Shown here: one piece after another, positions 24,692-38,364 of the stretch
Layout of the letters: every line of letters begins with the position of its first letter
How positions within the stretch are numbered: the stretch's first letter is position 1
Assembly (NCBI GenBank): GCA_973895155.1
Contig: OZ316895.1
Coordinates: forward strand, 9,164,184 to 9,228,183
Reading direction: 5' to 3'
Source of the DNA: Marsupella aquatica
Lineage: Eukaryota > Plantae > Marchantiophyta
DNA: 64,000 nt
The notes under the pieces: generated by a model
Told to the model about the DNA's origin: nothing
Seen by the model: the letters and a program-made list of their open reading frames with translations, nothing else
Databases searched by the model: none
Made by a program: the position numbers and the translations under genes

Positions 24692-24990
24692 GAGTATGGC
24701 ACGCGTGATAGTAAACATAAAATAGGTTTTTTGGTACCAACATAAAATTTCCTATTACCAGAAAAAAGTTACTATTACTAGAAAAAATGACAATGTAAAA
24801 ATATTTCATAAAAAGTCATATTTTCCAAAAAAAATTAATTACAACATTTTTTGCTAGCTTTGGGCGCTAGCAAAAAAAACAAAAAATTCCCCCCAACAAA
24901 TAAAATTCAAAAAAATTACCACTCAATTTTGTGTTACCTATTTCTATTTCCTGTTATTGTTTGCTATTTCTTGTCGTTTTTAAATACCCC
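24692..24990 (+). mobile_element. Non-autonomous derivative (MITE) 1 of the Mutator-like family at 44166
   Basis: Ends GAGTATGGC... and ...TTGTCGTTTTTAAATACCCC; 8-bp TSD GCATCTAC/ACTTCTAC; central TAGCTTTGGGCGCTA. Confidence 0.75.
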
Positions 24991-27436
24991 ACTTCTACGT
25001 GATTGTTTATCCTTAGCGTCAGGTGGGCGTCCTCATTTTTGTCAAGGTGATTGGGTTATTGTTGGTCCAACTTTTATATTTATGCGAGCTGGAGCATTAG
25101 CTACAAGAATATGGGAACGTGTGACCTTTGTCGCGTCGATCAATGAATTTGGTAGCTCTTCTTTCTCCCCATGATTTGTTCTAATGTCCTAAAATGGTGA
25201 ATTTTTTTCCATTCTGTTGGAGGAAATGGATGTCAGGTTGATGTAATGTAGGAAAGATATTTTCATCAAAATGATAATAAAAAAACCTTGCTTGAAAGAT
25301 GTCGCTTGTTGTAGGCTCTAAATAGCAAATGATTGACGATGAGTCAAATCCAATATATATGCCTAGCTGCCGTTGTGGTCCCATCTTTGTTTGTTTGGGC
25401 AGGGTTATGGGTACCATAACCTGGCATCCAAACGAGCAAAGATGGGATAAGTCTAGTGGTTTGCCAATACTCATTTGGTATGGGCTAAAAGTGTTGAACG
25501 CAAATGGGCAATATTGGATAAGGGTGCTAGCATGCAATATCGCATGCCCCCAAGCAGATACTGGAAGTTGCGACTGCATTAGCAGAGGTCTCTAAGGATA
25601 GACTAAGTGTTTTGTCCTGCTATCTATGATGCATGTACTTGGGTGGTCTAAAGATGGTAACAAAGAGGCTTGCGTTACTAAGTGGGTTTTAGGGTTCATA
25701 GTTTGGTCTACGAGGTCTTGGAAAATATTTGGCAATTGTAAGAATGTTCCACATGTTTCCCTTGAACCAATTTGGTTTTGCTTCCCTTTGCGGGAATTTT
25801 GATAAAGATCCCTAAGGTATATTTAGGGATTCTACAACTATTGGAGGGGTGGTTATTCATGTCACACTTAGCGCATGATTGTCTAGATGAGGGTACCATA
25901 TTGGCCGTGGTTTGGATGGTCATTGCATTGGAATCGGGGCTGGGACTTTTGTCCACCATTGCCTCTAGGGAATCTACCCCAGAATCTTGGTTGGTTTTAA
26001 CATTGGAATGGTCTTCTATATCCTTGTTGATGTCTATGGTTGGAAAAACTCCCCTTTATGGGGTTAACGTTATTTGCGACGCCTTGGTGGAATGTTGATA
26101 CTTGATCAACAACGTTTGCATGGGTTTCTTGTGATTGGTTTGGGATAGCTAAAGTGTCAAGTGGGCACTTTCTAGAGATTTGTAACAATAGTTCTTTCTA
26201 TTTTTCAACAACTAATATGTCGGATATCAGTTCTAAGTATTGGGCAAATTTCATGTTGCAATATTGTGTGGCCAAGATGAGGTTGGAAGATGTGACGCCG
26301 CTAGCACGGTGGTTAATGAGTGATCCGGTCTAATCCATGCTTAGCACGCGCACTAAGGACATAGTAGTCCATAATAATTAGCATAACAACACTAAAATAG
26401 GTTGTAACCACGACTAGGACATCATTAGTCAATAAGGAGCATTTACGCTTGGGCTGGCGGCGGAGCACCATTTGTACCCCGGGATATGAGCATGTAGGGA
26501 TGCATCCTTGGATTTGTATAATAAATCAAGGCGGGGCGGCTCGCTGACACGCTCTGACCCGGACCTGCGGAGTGGCCGGTACTTTGCAAGTGTGAAAGGA
26601 TCGACCTATCAAAAGGAGGAAGGGACCATTCGGCCGACGAGCCCTCAGGGTATAAAAGGCGGGCCATTCTCTTGTGAAGGATCACCACTTCACTCTTCGC
26701 GCCAACTTTGATCCTAGCTTACTCGATTGCTCCTCAATCATCCACCGCCGTATGTCTATCACGATTATGTTTAGTTCTGCCCTTCGGTTTTGGCTTCAAT
26801 TTCTATCCATCGGAAATCACTTGGCAAAGTCACTAGCCGAGGTCAACCCGCGCCGGTACAAAACCAAAAGGCAGTACAAACAACTTATCTGTTTAGCCGG
26901 GCGCTCTCACTATAACAGAGATTTCAACCTCCCGTTCCAGAGCGATCTTTGTCTTGCCAACGAGATCTCCAAGTACTTCTTTGATGGCCCAAAGTATGTC
27001 GGTTTCCAAGAAGCACTCCTTTGGCTTTCGGATAAGGTCTTCACTCTCTCGGGCACGATCAACTTACAACGGCACCACTTCAATCATATCCCCGTCAAAG
27101 TCCAGGCTTCCATCAACTATCAATTTGGTACCGCAACTACGGGTGAGACATCTATCCTAACCTCACTCGGCTTCCCCTTGGACTTGCTGATTCATATGGC
27201 GCCTCTTCCAACTACAACTGGTGCCAACTCATCGGTGCCCGCGCCAACACCACCTTGGCCTCAGCCAAGCCGATCTCCACCACCGGTCTCACCACCCCTC
27301 CGGGTGCAAACCATGGTAAACGCGGTGACATCAGTTCTTGAAGACGAGGAGGCTCACCCTCCCCTAAACCAGCGACCGCGAGGTGCAAATCAGCATAGCA
27401 TGCGTTGGGCAACCCAGCGCCACTCACACAAGCCGG

Positions 27437-29690
27437 ATGGATAACACGGTGACAATAGCAGCCCCACCACCAGTGTTAACGGTGGTAGCGCTGCCGCAGC
27501 CTGATAGAGAGGATGGGGAGATGTCCCCCTCTTCGAGTCACCCTGAGAACCAGTCTTGGGGTAGGAAGAGAAAGAAACCTTCAGCCGTATCCAGGCTGCC
27601 CTTGGCCACAGTTGCGGTGGCCAAGCTGACCATGCATCGCATGGGGGAGAATGTCCACAAGAACATCCTCCACCCCAAGCATGCATGCTACCTGAAGACC
27701 CAAGGGTTTGACCACCTCGCCTCTCTCCCTTGGAATGGAAGCAGGTACTACGGGATGGACATGACAAAGTTCAATGAAGCCTGCCAACAAACCCGAGCGC
27801 ACGGGAGAGTGACGTCTCTCAATGAGGCACGTCTTAAAATGATCTTTGGCCTACCCGAAGGAATAAATCAGGTAGAATCATGGGCTCCCCAGGGCAAGGG
27901 AGCCAAGTATCAGTCCTCTAGCTTCCCGGCCAAGGGAGCAGTGGACAACGGATTCTTGATGAGGACATGCCTCATCCCGGAGGTAGCAGAAAGACTGGAG
28001 TTCCAGCAGTACGCCCTCCACATGATGGAACCGAGGGGCGAAATATCCGTCGCCCAGGTCCTCCAAGTTGAGAACTACCGGCCTAGGAAGTGAGCATCCT
28101 TCTTTGTCAAGAAGCTCCACGAGGAGATGGAGCGGAGAAGGAAGACTTTGTACCTTGGCGGGAAGGCATACTTTGCTAGCCACATCAAAATCATCATTGA
28201 GTGGTATGCCCATTTTGACCGTCAAAGCCTCCCTCGTATCAACGAGCCCGAGCTGACCCCATCAGAGTGGATATTTGCGGCCAAAGAGAGGCAACCTCAG
28301 CTCGAGGCCCAAAGTCTGGCGATCGTGAGACCTGCTACCCCGGCCCCGCAATCAGCCGCTGCCGCCCCTCTGAATGTACTAGACGATGCAATCATCGCGA
28401 TTGAAGCCGGGCTGGCAGAGGCCGGACCCGCGCCCGAGACTGCAGTCGTAGAGGACATCCCGCCAACCTCCATGACTGGTCAAGAGAACTGCCCACCCCT
28501 AGCAAACCCAGCCCTCTCTCTCGCCATACTTCAAGGGCTAGACATCACCACTCCAACTCCCGCGCGAGCTGAGGTCTGTCCTTGCCCAAACCCGAGGGGC
28601 ATAATCTAGAAAGCCCAGAACTCTTTGCACCGGGCACGCTTTTTGAATGGGTTGCTAGGAGACTTCTCTCAACAAATTGCATGGGATACCGGGGAGTACA
28701 TGGCACGGAAGGTGGCCTACTTCTTCAACCAGCAGTTGGTTGCAGCTGTGCGGGCAGGATATGCGCAAGCCAAGGCTACATAGAGAATAGAGCGGTATCG
28801 GATTGAGTCTGCCCACCTGAAATACGAAGTTGCAGCCCAAGAGACCAAACTCCAACTACTGCGGGGGTATTTACAAACGACAAGAAACAGGAAACAGTAA
28901 CAGGAAATAGTTACTGGTAACAGGAAAGTGGGTGGTAATTTTTTTGGATTTTTTTTGGAAATTTTTTTTTGGGGGGAAATTATTATTTTTTTGTTTTGGT
29001 TTGTCATCATTATATTGCTAGCGCCCGGAGCTAACAATAGCAGCGCTTGGCGCTTGGAAAAAAACCCATGATTTTAATTATTTTGAAAAATAAGACTTTA
29101 AATGGTACATTTTTAGATCGTGTTTTTTACTGGTAACAGTAAAATTTTCCTGGTAACAGAAAACTTTTTGCTGGTACCAGTAATCCTGTTTTCCTGTTTC
29201 CTGTCTCGGTGGTGATGCCCCTATGGCAGCCTCAGGTAGCGGCCACTGAAGATTAGGTGGCCAAAGCTAGGGCCCGGGCATCCTGGCAGAGCAGACCGGA
29301 GTTGGGAAGGATGCCGAGATTGCATGGCTCCGAACCCAGATTGACGGTTTGAAGGGACAAGCCGTCATCTGGCAAAAGAATGTGGAGGAGGTCAACGCTC
29401 GGGCCCAACTGGACACAGCCAAGATAGACGTCCTAAAGACGGAAGTGGCACGGCTTCAAGGAGAAGCCTTGAAGCAAGCCCAGTTGGTGGACAAGCTGAC
29501 CAGCGACGTCCAACAACTGGAAGAGGCGTGTCAAGAAGCCACAAAAGAGACAAACGCGGCAAAGCGAGAGGAGGAATCTCTGCTGGACCAGGTCCAGCTC
29601 CTCAAGCAGGACGCCGACCGGCTCAGAAGGCAGCGGGATGGCCGCTCCAAGTCCAACTGTGGCAAATTTAGCAAGCGTGCCAGACATTAG
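27437..29690 (+). pseudogene. Decayed long ORF in the solo LTR, with C-terminal coiled coil
   Basis: ORFs 27383-28093 and 28127-28609 are in one frame separated by TGA (likely from TGG); the frame continues through TAG stops to the MITE and on to coiled-coil ORF 29349-29690. Confidence 0.65.
28864..29220 (-). mobile_element. MITE 2 of the Mutator-like family
   Basis: GGGGTATTTACAAACGACAAGAAACAGG...CCTGTCTCGGTGGTGATGCCC; degenerate 8-bp TSD CTACTGCG/CTATGGCA; palindromes at 29019 and 29041. Confidence 0.85.
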
Positions 29691-31115
29691 CGGCGGGATA
29701 GGTGTAGGATAGAGTTAGGAATGGGATAGTCAGGCGATAAGAACAAGCGCCGAAACTAGTTAGTGGCGCTGTCCTATCCAACCAACCTTCATAGTTAGGA
29801 TCTTAGAATAAGACACCCCATTTTACGGCCTCATAGTTAGTAGAGTTTAGAATCTGGGATAGCTTAGATTCGAGCACGAGGTTGGTCCGGACCTCGACTC
29901 TTAGTATTTAGTGCACCCCTCGGTAGAGGCAGGGGGGATGGTGGTTGCAAGCCTAGGTTGGATACCCGTATCATTGGATCCGGATCGGAGGCGGTCTTTA
30001 CAAAGGCTTAGAAGCCCTTAAGCCGGGGTCAATCCAGCTATTGACTTAAGGTACGTTCCTACGGCGGAACACAAACTATACCCATAATATTTCCATAGGT
30101 AGAAATAGGTGCACTTAGCGCTAGATTACGGGAATAAGGTTCAGTGTGCACATCCCTCCTTTCCCGAACCCTCAAAACTAATGAAGATTATGCCCGTCTA
30201 AGCCAAAATCCGTGCAAGGACGAAGCTTATGGCGTGAGAGAAGAGTGGAAAGTAGATAGTGTCTTTTCTAAGAGATCACTACCGGTTACGAGTGCGCCAC
30301 ATAGGGTAAGGGTTGAGGTTATCCTAAAGAGTTCATTATTGTATGAGGCTACGCCAATAAAGTCTAACTTGCACTCAAAGGTTAAGCCATTCCTGGTGTG
30401 CTCTTGGTAATGCCACCAATTTTTGGTGGTCGAAGCGGGTTAGAAGCGCTTGCCATAGGCCACAAGGTGAGTTTAAGTACAGGTATTGCATTTGCAAAAG
30501 TGCGTGCAAGTGTCGGTGCATAAACACTAAAGCCTGAGCTTCTGCCACTGGGTTGAGGGTTTGGGGGTTTAAGGGTATTAGGGTTTCTATGGCGGGGAGT
30601 AGTGACTTAGCAAATAAGTTGGCTTTTAGGTCTAGCAACCAGGCTAGGTAGTTGCTACGATCTAGTTCAAGGGCTCAGAATTGTAATTTCTTCAGGTTTG
30701 CCATTTCTAACTTTAGGATTTAAGTTACGTTAAGCAGAACTTAGGTAATTATAGTAGATATACTCAAATGATGAAACACATTTTTGTCGCATGCGTATGA
30801 GTGTAGGTTTGAGTGTGGAATGCAAATTTATGCTTGTAAGTATGTTTTGCAAAAAGTTAGGGTTTGCACTTAGGGTTGATATTTGCTTTGTTTCTCTATG
30901 AGTGCATATTCCTCTTTGTATTTTGGATGCACTTTTCTTAGGTTTGCACTTAAAGAGATTTCACTTAGGATGAATAAGTGGATATTTTCCTTTGTAAGTG
31001 AAGTTTTCTTTGATAGGAGTTGCACTTAAGCAGGGCTTGCACTTACCGCTTTATGTCCGTGTTTTCTTGACATTTTTGCAATGTTGTTGCGGGATTTTGG
31101 TGTGTTAGCTGAGAT

Positions 31116-31449
31116 GGGTATAGCGACGGAGACAGGAAACAGGTAAACAGGAAATTCGTTTCATGTTTTTAATATGCTGTTACCAGCAAAAAATTACTAT
31201 AACTAGGAAAATTGACAATTTGAAAATGTCTCATACAAAATGATTTTTTAATTTTAATTTAACAATGCAACATTTTTGGCTAGCTTTGGGCACTACTATT
31301 ACCAGTGTTGGGCGCTAGCAAAAACAAAGTGGTCGACCGAAAAAAAACAACTTTTTTTTCTCAAAAAAATATTTCCACCCTCATTTTCCTGTTACCAGTT
31401 TTTGTTATTAACTCATGTTTCCAGTTTTGTTGTCTTTTGTAAACAACTC
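31116..31449 (+). mobile_element. MITE 3 of the Mutator-like family
   Basis: GGGTATAGCGACGGAGACAGGAAACAGG...TGTAAACAACTC; TSD GCTGAGAT/GTTGAGAT; degenerate palindromes at 31281 and 31303. Confidence 0.82.
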
Positions 31450-34400
31450 GTTGAGATCTGCTGCGGGGTGCATGGAGTCATTTTGAGTCTTAATTGCTTT
31501 CTCATGGTTTTGATTGGTATGTTGTCTCGCAAGCAAACACAACATCGATCTCCACACTGTCCTCACAGCTTTTGACCGTGCAATCAATAACAATTCAATT
31601 CTTGGACAAATTCAACTCTTTTCATTTGGTCTTCTGGTCAGTGTGCTTTTCATGCTCCACATCAATGCCTCCATAGCTTCCCCTCACTCTGTGTGCTCAT
31701 GTTCTTCCCCGATCAACGTTAAATTCTTTCCATTCTTGTCCAAACACGCATTCCAATACATTGGGTCTTGAGCACATTGTCTTTTTTTCTTTATCCTCTC
31801 TTCATCGTGGTCTGCTATTCGCTATATCAATCTTCTTCATGATGCTGTCATTTCCAATCCTACAATGTCCTTCCTTTTTCTTTCACTTTGTTTTTGGTTT
31901 CATTCACCTTACATTAAGTTGGTGAAATCAATCTAGCAGGATAGTATCAAATGCCCTGACTCTCTAAAATCTCATGCTATCTCTTTGAATATTGTTATGA
32001 AGGCTATTGAGAATGGACATCCGATCCTTTTGGCTTGCGGAGGTCTCCACCGTGTACTGCAATTTCATCATGAAAAATTCATCAAGCAAAAAGGACAACA
32101 TTGAATTGTAATGTCTTGGCTGAAATTGGGTTATGTTGTGCATCGAGCACAACAACATCGGATCTTCCTTGCCTCATAGAGATGTCATAATTTGACCAGT
32201 GCAATCTGAAATGGCCCCATCTTACTAAGATCACCCTCGATTACAACAGGATTTGGTTGGTAGTAAATTTATCAAGCATTACAACGTTGGATCTCGTTTA
32301 AAAAAAAACTGTGTTTGTTTCATGATGTGACATCATCACTTGTCCCTTATGAAATGTAAGTATGTTTCTCCATGGGGTGGGGCTAGAGGCCCTATCACTA
32401 AGTTGAATCCCTAAAAAACATTCAAGTGCTCAACCTTTGAGAGTTGTGCTGATAACGTGTCATAGAATGATGGATAGAATGAATGACCAAACAGTTGGGA
32501 GTTATATATATCTAGGTAAACGTAATGTGCTATAGTCTTGGTTAGGATAAACTAACTAGGGTCAAGTTCTAGACATAGGGGTTATAAAACACTTTCAACT
32601 CTTTCACCTCTCATTCTTTATTTATCGCCTCTTTCAACAACACTCGACTTTTGAGCCCTTTTCTAATCACCACTCCTAAAGTCCCTATCATCTTTTGCTC
32701 TTTCAGGTCTCAATTGTCTCACTCCATACTTCATATTCCTCAACCACAATAGCTTTCACGTGAACGTTCGGTCTAAGTAACCACACCAAATTTGGGTCAT
32801 CAAGCTTCATTGCCTTCCGTGTTCAACTCCTAAAAACATTAACAAGCAAAGATCTATTTTCAAGTTTCATCATTCCCTGATCATTGTTATTCCGATTCCT
32901 CTTACAAGTTCTCACACCATAACAAGCAGCAATGATTTTGAGTTCATCTACAATTTCCTTTCTTTCTTAAACACCATCAAAAGCCCTTCTATATTTTCCT
33001 TGAAACTTGGCAGTTTGTCATTTCGTAGAGCTTTAGTTGCCTTCATGAAGTTGCTTGTTTTCTTTAGTCTTTATTCATCAATCTTAATCTCTTGTGAATC
33101 TCCGCATTGATACACCAAAGTTCTCATTCTCTGGCTCTTCACTTTTGCAAAATTCTTCTTTTTCCAATAAAACTCAATTCTCCATATTCATGCACAATTT
33201 CAGATTAGAGCATGATCTAAATGAATTAGTCCCAGTTCAGCATTGCTCCTACTTTGAACTCTCGTTTATGTTAGCAACACTTCCATTCCCTCCACAAAAT
33301 TCTCCAAGCATTCATTTCTTTTAGCTCTCACAAAGGCATTCTTTTCAAGTAAGCCAAAGCTTTTGTTTATTTAGGCAAATTGAATTCCCGATTGATCTCT
33401 TGCTGATCGCACTTCATATCTTCCTCACTCTGAACTGAGCACCACATTTTCCCATAACCTGTAATTCCTTCATTATGACCTACTCTCTTCTGCTTGCCTT
33501 GCACCTCTAAACACGTTCTTCCCTTGGATCTCCTCTCAATGAAACAATGACTCTCCCCTTTCTTGGAACTCCTGATCCTCTTTCCTACTCTCGCTAGAAC
33601 TCTCAACTGCCTCCTCCCCTTTTTTGGTCCTTTGCCTCTTTGATCGTCATTGCTCAATCTCAGCTCTGCAATCTCCCGGGAAATCTTCATTGCTCAATCT
33701 TTTTTTGCCCCTAAGCACACCACTTTCTCTCGGATCTCCTTCCACGGTGTCACCACAATGAACTCCCAATTCTCAATTCCCTATCAAACCTTTTCTTCAA
33801 TCCCCAAGGATTCTCCAACATTTTTCTTTTCCTTCTGTTTGAATTCCCTCTCCATTACCATCGCCCTTCGTTGTTGTAATTCAATTCCCATCCTTTGCCT
33901 CCTATCCTCTTTCTTCTAAATAACCACCACAACGACTTTCCCTGGAACTCCACAAAAAAACTATTCACACTCAATAATGATGCATGCAACAACTCAATGC
34001 CCTTATGAATTTGAATGTTTGCAGGACACCATGTGTTGCTCCCACATAATCCCATCTTAAAACCCGTTTAGCCTTAGCTAATCTAATCCGGTGGTAACCC
34101 CATCCTTACCACCATCCACTTGTTTGCGTTTCTTAGTTTCTTCATATCATGAGTTTTTATATACTACTACAAAAATTCCAACGGATCTTGGAAAGATGAT
34201 CTGCAAAGAGATATGTTACCATAGAAGAAAAAATTGTGGACTGACAAGATGATTTATCTTTGGGGAATTCAATTCATGAGCTTACTCATCTTTGACGGTC
34301 TACTCAAATCACTCACGGCATTGTATCACAAAGATATGATTTTGGTAATTTTACAAATGCTAGTGACATAGTGCATATCTTCTTTCATGGCTCAACTTGA

Positions 34401-34559
34401 TGAACATTATACTCTTTGACAAGCTTTGAACATAGTGGCAAGTTAGTTGATATTACTTAATGACAAGTATTACTTAAAGCGAGACATGGGTTTTTGTCCA
34501 TCTTCCTCAAGATCGTATTGTTGTTTCCTCAAATAGATTCTTGAAGCAAAAGTACAACT

Positions 34560-35450
34560 TCTTTGACAACATTGTTGCACAATTTGAACCTTGTCTAGTA
34601 GCCCAAGGGTTTTCTCTAATTGAAGGTCTTGATTATTCAAAAGCCTTCAGTTACATAGTGGTTTACATGAGATCTCTTTGCTCAATCATAATTGCCTCTT
34701 TGATTTTCTTGTCCATCAAATGGATGTGAAAATTGTTTTTCTATATGCAAGTCTAGTTGACAATGTCTACATGAAACAACCAAAAGGTTTTTGTGAATCC
34801 AAAACATCATATGGCCCTTAAATAATGTGCGTGAATATATTTGGTTCCAATCCAGGTTCAATACATGTATACTCTTAGTTGGCTTTAATCCATGCCCTAC
34901 TACTGCTATTATTTATTTATGAAATATCAGCATAATGAAGTCCTTTGTCATGCTAGTGTTCAATTGTCATCTCCAATAGCCTATCCTTCTTGAACTTCAT
35001 CAACCAAAACCTTGCTCCACAATTTGAAATGACCAGTTGATAATGGTGAACTTCAACATTGCCAAGTTACCAAAGACGGACATGCTACGATAATACAACT
35101 CTCTCAATCAAAAAACATTGATACTTTAGAACATGATTTCCAAATGCTAGAGTTTAAAACTGGCATTGATACACCCTCATAAGTTGGCACATGTCTATAA
35201 TGATTTTAGAATAACAAAGGCAAATGAAGGTTATTCCTTATGGTACTATTTTAATTTTATACGTTGTCACACGTACAAAGACCAAACATTTTCATTGTAA
35301 TAGCTCATACTACTCAATATATGTCCAACCTTGGTCCTTTACATTGGTCAACAACTAAGGGTGTTTTACGCTACTTGAAGAAAATCAAACTTATTGGTCT
35401 CACTAGCCATGTCCAATCTAAATGATGGATGGACTTTGATTAGGCATGTG
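34560..35450 (+). pseudogene. Highly decayed Ty1/copia RT fragment
   Basis: LVAQGFSLIEGLDYSKAFS, HQMDVKIVF, YMKQPKGF and HWSTTKGVLRYLK-like segments in shifting frames. Confidence 0.6.
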
Positions 35451-36889
35451 ATTCCCCATGTGATTCAAATTCTAAATTATTTGATTACTAGATTGCATGA
35501 GGTTGAGAATTGATGTATTCAAATATATTGTTGAAGATGTGAGCAATTTAAAAATTAATATTATATTTGGAGTTCTTGAAGAGAAATCTCAATATCAGGA
35601 AATAAATTTAGGGTTTAGGGTATACAACACTACTTGCTGGTCAAATCCAAGAATTGTAGAGTCCCACAAAAACTTAGAGGTCAAACTTTTGTGTTATCAC
35701 CAAGATACCAATGGATGGTATTTTGAACGTCAAAAACGTGACAGAGGCAACAACAACATAATTATAATTTACAATGAATTATAAATCATTACACTCCTAA
35801 GATTTTAAGGATGGCGGATCAAACCAGGGCAATAACTATTGGAGCACTCAATAAGTTCATACAAACCATAAGATTTTCAAATTAGATTACGTAATCTTAC
35901 AACCAAATATCCATTCATCCTTTCCAATTATCCTAGCACATCTTTGGTTATACATGGCAAAAGTTAAGGTGTAGATCAATTTAATTTCTTTTGGGACCCC
36001 AAGAGTAATTCTCAATTGGGAGAATGAGCCTCATGTACCAGAGACTAATGAGAAAGGGGATTACATGTTTGATTCAATCCTCCTTTTTCACATGATGAAG
36101 AGACACTTACAAAATAAAGGCAACCAAAATTATAATTAAAATAAAAGGTGAAATTTCTTGATATTTTTTTACTTTGAGGACCCTCCTCTGAAAGACCATT
36201 ATGCAAGAGAACCATTGGAATTAAAAGTCTCACAATTTCCTCGAATTCCGGAAATATAACCGTCATCTAGAATCCAACCAAGATAAAATTTTGGATTGAC
36301 AATTATTGTAGATTTGTCCAAAATTTCAATCAACCAAATAAAAAGCTTTTCAGACTCAAAAAGTTCATAAAAGGTGTATGCAAATAGCAATAGAGGTAAG
36401 GATGATGTTGGTACATATTGAAGAACAATTGATGTTTAATTGAAAGTTATACTAACTTTGTTCATGGGGTTGACAAAAGGGATTGTGAACCCAAAGGCAT
36501 GATAGAAGATCAATATTGAAATGGTTAATTTTTGAAACACAAGTAAGCATATTGAAGAAGAATTGAGAACTTAAGTAGCATATATCATTGTTGCATGAAA
36601 CAATGTTGAGATGTTTTTGCATGAAGTCATGAACATTTGAAAAACAATCATCCATACTTTGGACAACACCGGATTGATTTGTTAGAGAGTTGGATATCAA
36701 TCAAGTAGAGACAATACGTACAGACTTAAGTCTCCCATGTCCTTAGTCATGATAAAAGAAGCTTAAGATCAATTGAAAAACTTACTAAATCAAGATTTAT
36801 ATATTTTTCTTCTACTAAGTAGTTAGTATATATATTTGATTGTCACTATGCCCAAGGAAACCAGAACCAAATGACAAGATAAAGATTTA

Positions 36890-37200
36890 GATTAATCAAG
36901 ATTACAAGAACCTTAATATGGTGACCCAAAATTGACATGGTGTTGACATACAATTGAAATTCATGAATTTTTGAATTTCCTTGCATGACAAATACTTTGG
37001 TTATAATCAATTTTAGTTCAAGAACAAGATAGGGACAATACTACTTTTGCCATTGATTGGGGTAATTATGCTTTCAATGTCATGCTCTTTGGACTTTGTA
37101 AAGTACTTGAAACATTTTTCAAGACAACGATAATCATTTTCCAAGAATATTTGCTTAAATTCCATGAAAAATTCATTGATGATTTAATTAATTGATGATA
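36890..37200 (+). pseudogene. Highly decayed Ty3/gypsy RT fragment
   Basis: DYKNLN, GYNQF and TTFAIDWGNYAFNVMLFGLC-like segments. Confidence 0.55.
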
Positions 37201-38364
37201 TGGAGAGCCAATTGCAGAAAACACTCTCCACCTTCCACTCATCAAACCCTATTCTTGCAATCCAATACTGCAATATAAAGTTTGTGCAATATGTGGAATG
37301 GCAAAAAGGAGCATTGGAGTGAAAATGGTACATTTAAAAACTTTTTTACTTTAGTTGAAGCTTCCACAAGTCAATTGGTTACCCCTTAATTCATTTTAAG
37401 CCTCAAAGAAATGTTTTTGAGAAAGTTGAGAAGAGTGAGTTTTTGATGGAACAATCACTCAGAAAGCTCTCTGAAAGAAATCGCTTTGAAAGCTACATAA
37501 TTGGTTTAGACTTTCGACAAGAACTTTGACGAATGATTGTGCATCGGCCCAATGTTGGTTTGAGGAGACTTTTAGGCTTTGTGGAAAGGTATTTCCAAGG
37601 GCTATAGGGAGAATTTTAGTTTGGACCCAAGGGACATACTTCAAAATATCTCAAATTGATTCTCTGAGATATTCTGGCACTTGTTTCTTAAACCATTTTA
37701 CATCTGTTTTACACCTCTTGAGCTTTTCCAATAGTTAGTTAGAGTAGGATATAGAGAGACATAGTTTAGTACACCCTTAGGAATTAGATTTAGAGAGTCT
37801 TAGTTTCATCTCACGTTTTAGGACTTTAAGTTTAGATAAGAAAAGTTTGTAGATTTTAAAACCTTTTGGCATCTCAAGCCTTTGAGAGAGCCTACAATTG
37901 GACTCCTAAGACCATTTTTGGTTGTTCTTTTCCTTGGAATGTTAATCTTTGACCAGTTTTGGGTCTTTCTCTCATGCCAGTTTTGGGCTTAGGAGGGAAG
38001 ATTAAACCAAGAGAAATTGTACCACACTTTTGCATTGGATGAATGTCATAATAATCATGATTTTGTAAGAGAAAACTTTGAGATCTAGGGAAAAGAGAAT
38101 TGTAGTGAGTTAATCAACGTAAAACCGATCTCTGTTGAGTATATATGGAAGTCGATAATAAATGAAAATTAGATTACCTATTGATAAGAAGTAAACACTT
38201 ATAGATTTATTGATCTATTGAAATCTATTGAAATGTCTTTGTAGAATTGTATATACAAGAAAACAATGAAGAAATTATTTTGCGATTTCAAAGCACATAA
38301 ACACCTGCATAATTTGTTTCACTTATTTCTTACGGGACCGAACCTTGGTATTTAAAGACAAATT

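Larger units (their letters stand above)
26291..30239 (+). mobile_element. Solo LTR (~3.6 kb excluding nested MITE) of a gypsy family with an LTR-borne ORF
   Basis: Starts TGTGACGCC, ends GGCGTGAGA; perfect 5-bp TSD GAAGA (26286-26290, 30240-30244) splitting the copia A gag frame; no RT/INT inside; TATAAAA at ~26651. Confidence 0.8.
23330..30704 (-). pseudogene. Copia A gag-pol remnants (interrupted by a solo LTR, a MITE and deletions)
   Basis: RFDHQKLVALPRAHQEWLNL (gag), WGHAILHA..KMGPQRQLGIYIGFDS (INT), YKWTFVRK..RYKARLVGKGFTQ..MRQMDV (RT); many stops. Confidence 0.85.
22869..32591 (-). mobile_element. Decayed Ty1/copia element A, Bianca-like, with nested insertions
   Basis: ~140-bp LTRs at 22869-23010 and 32458-32591; TSD CTTTT/CTTTC; minus-strand PBS CGTTATCAGCAC (32446-32457); PPT CAAGGGGGAG (23011-23020); gag start MANLKKLQF at 30704. 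Confidence 0.88.
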
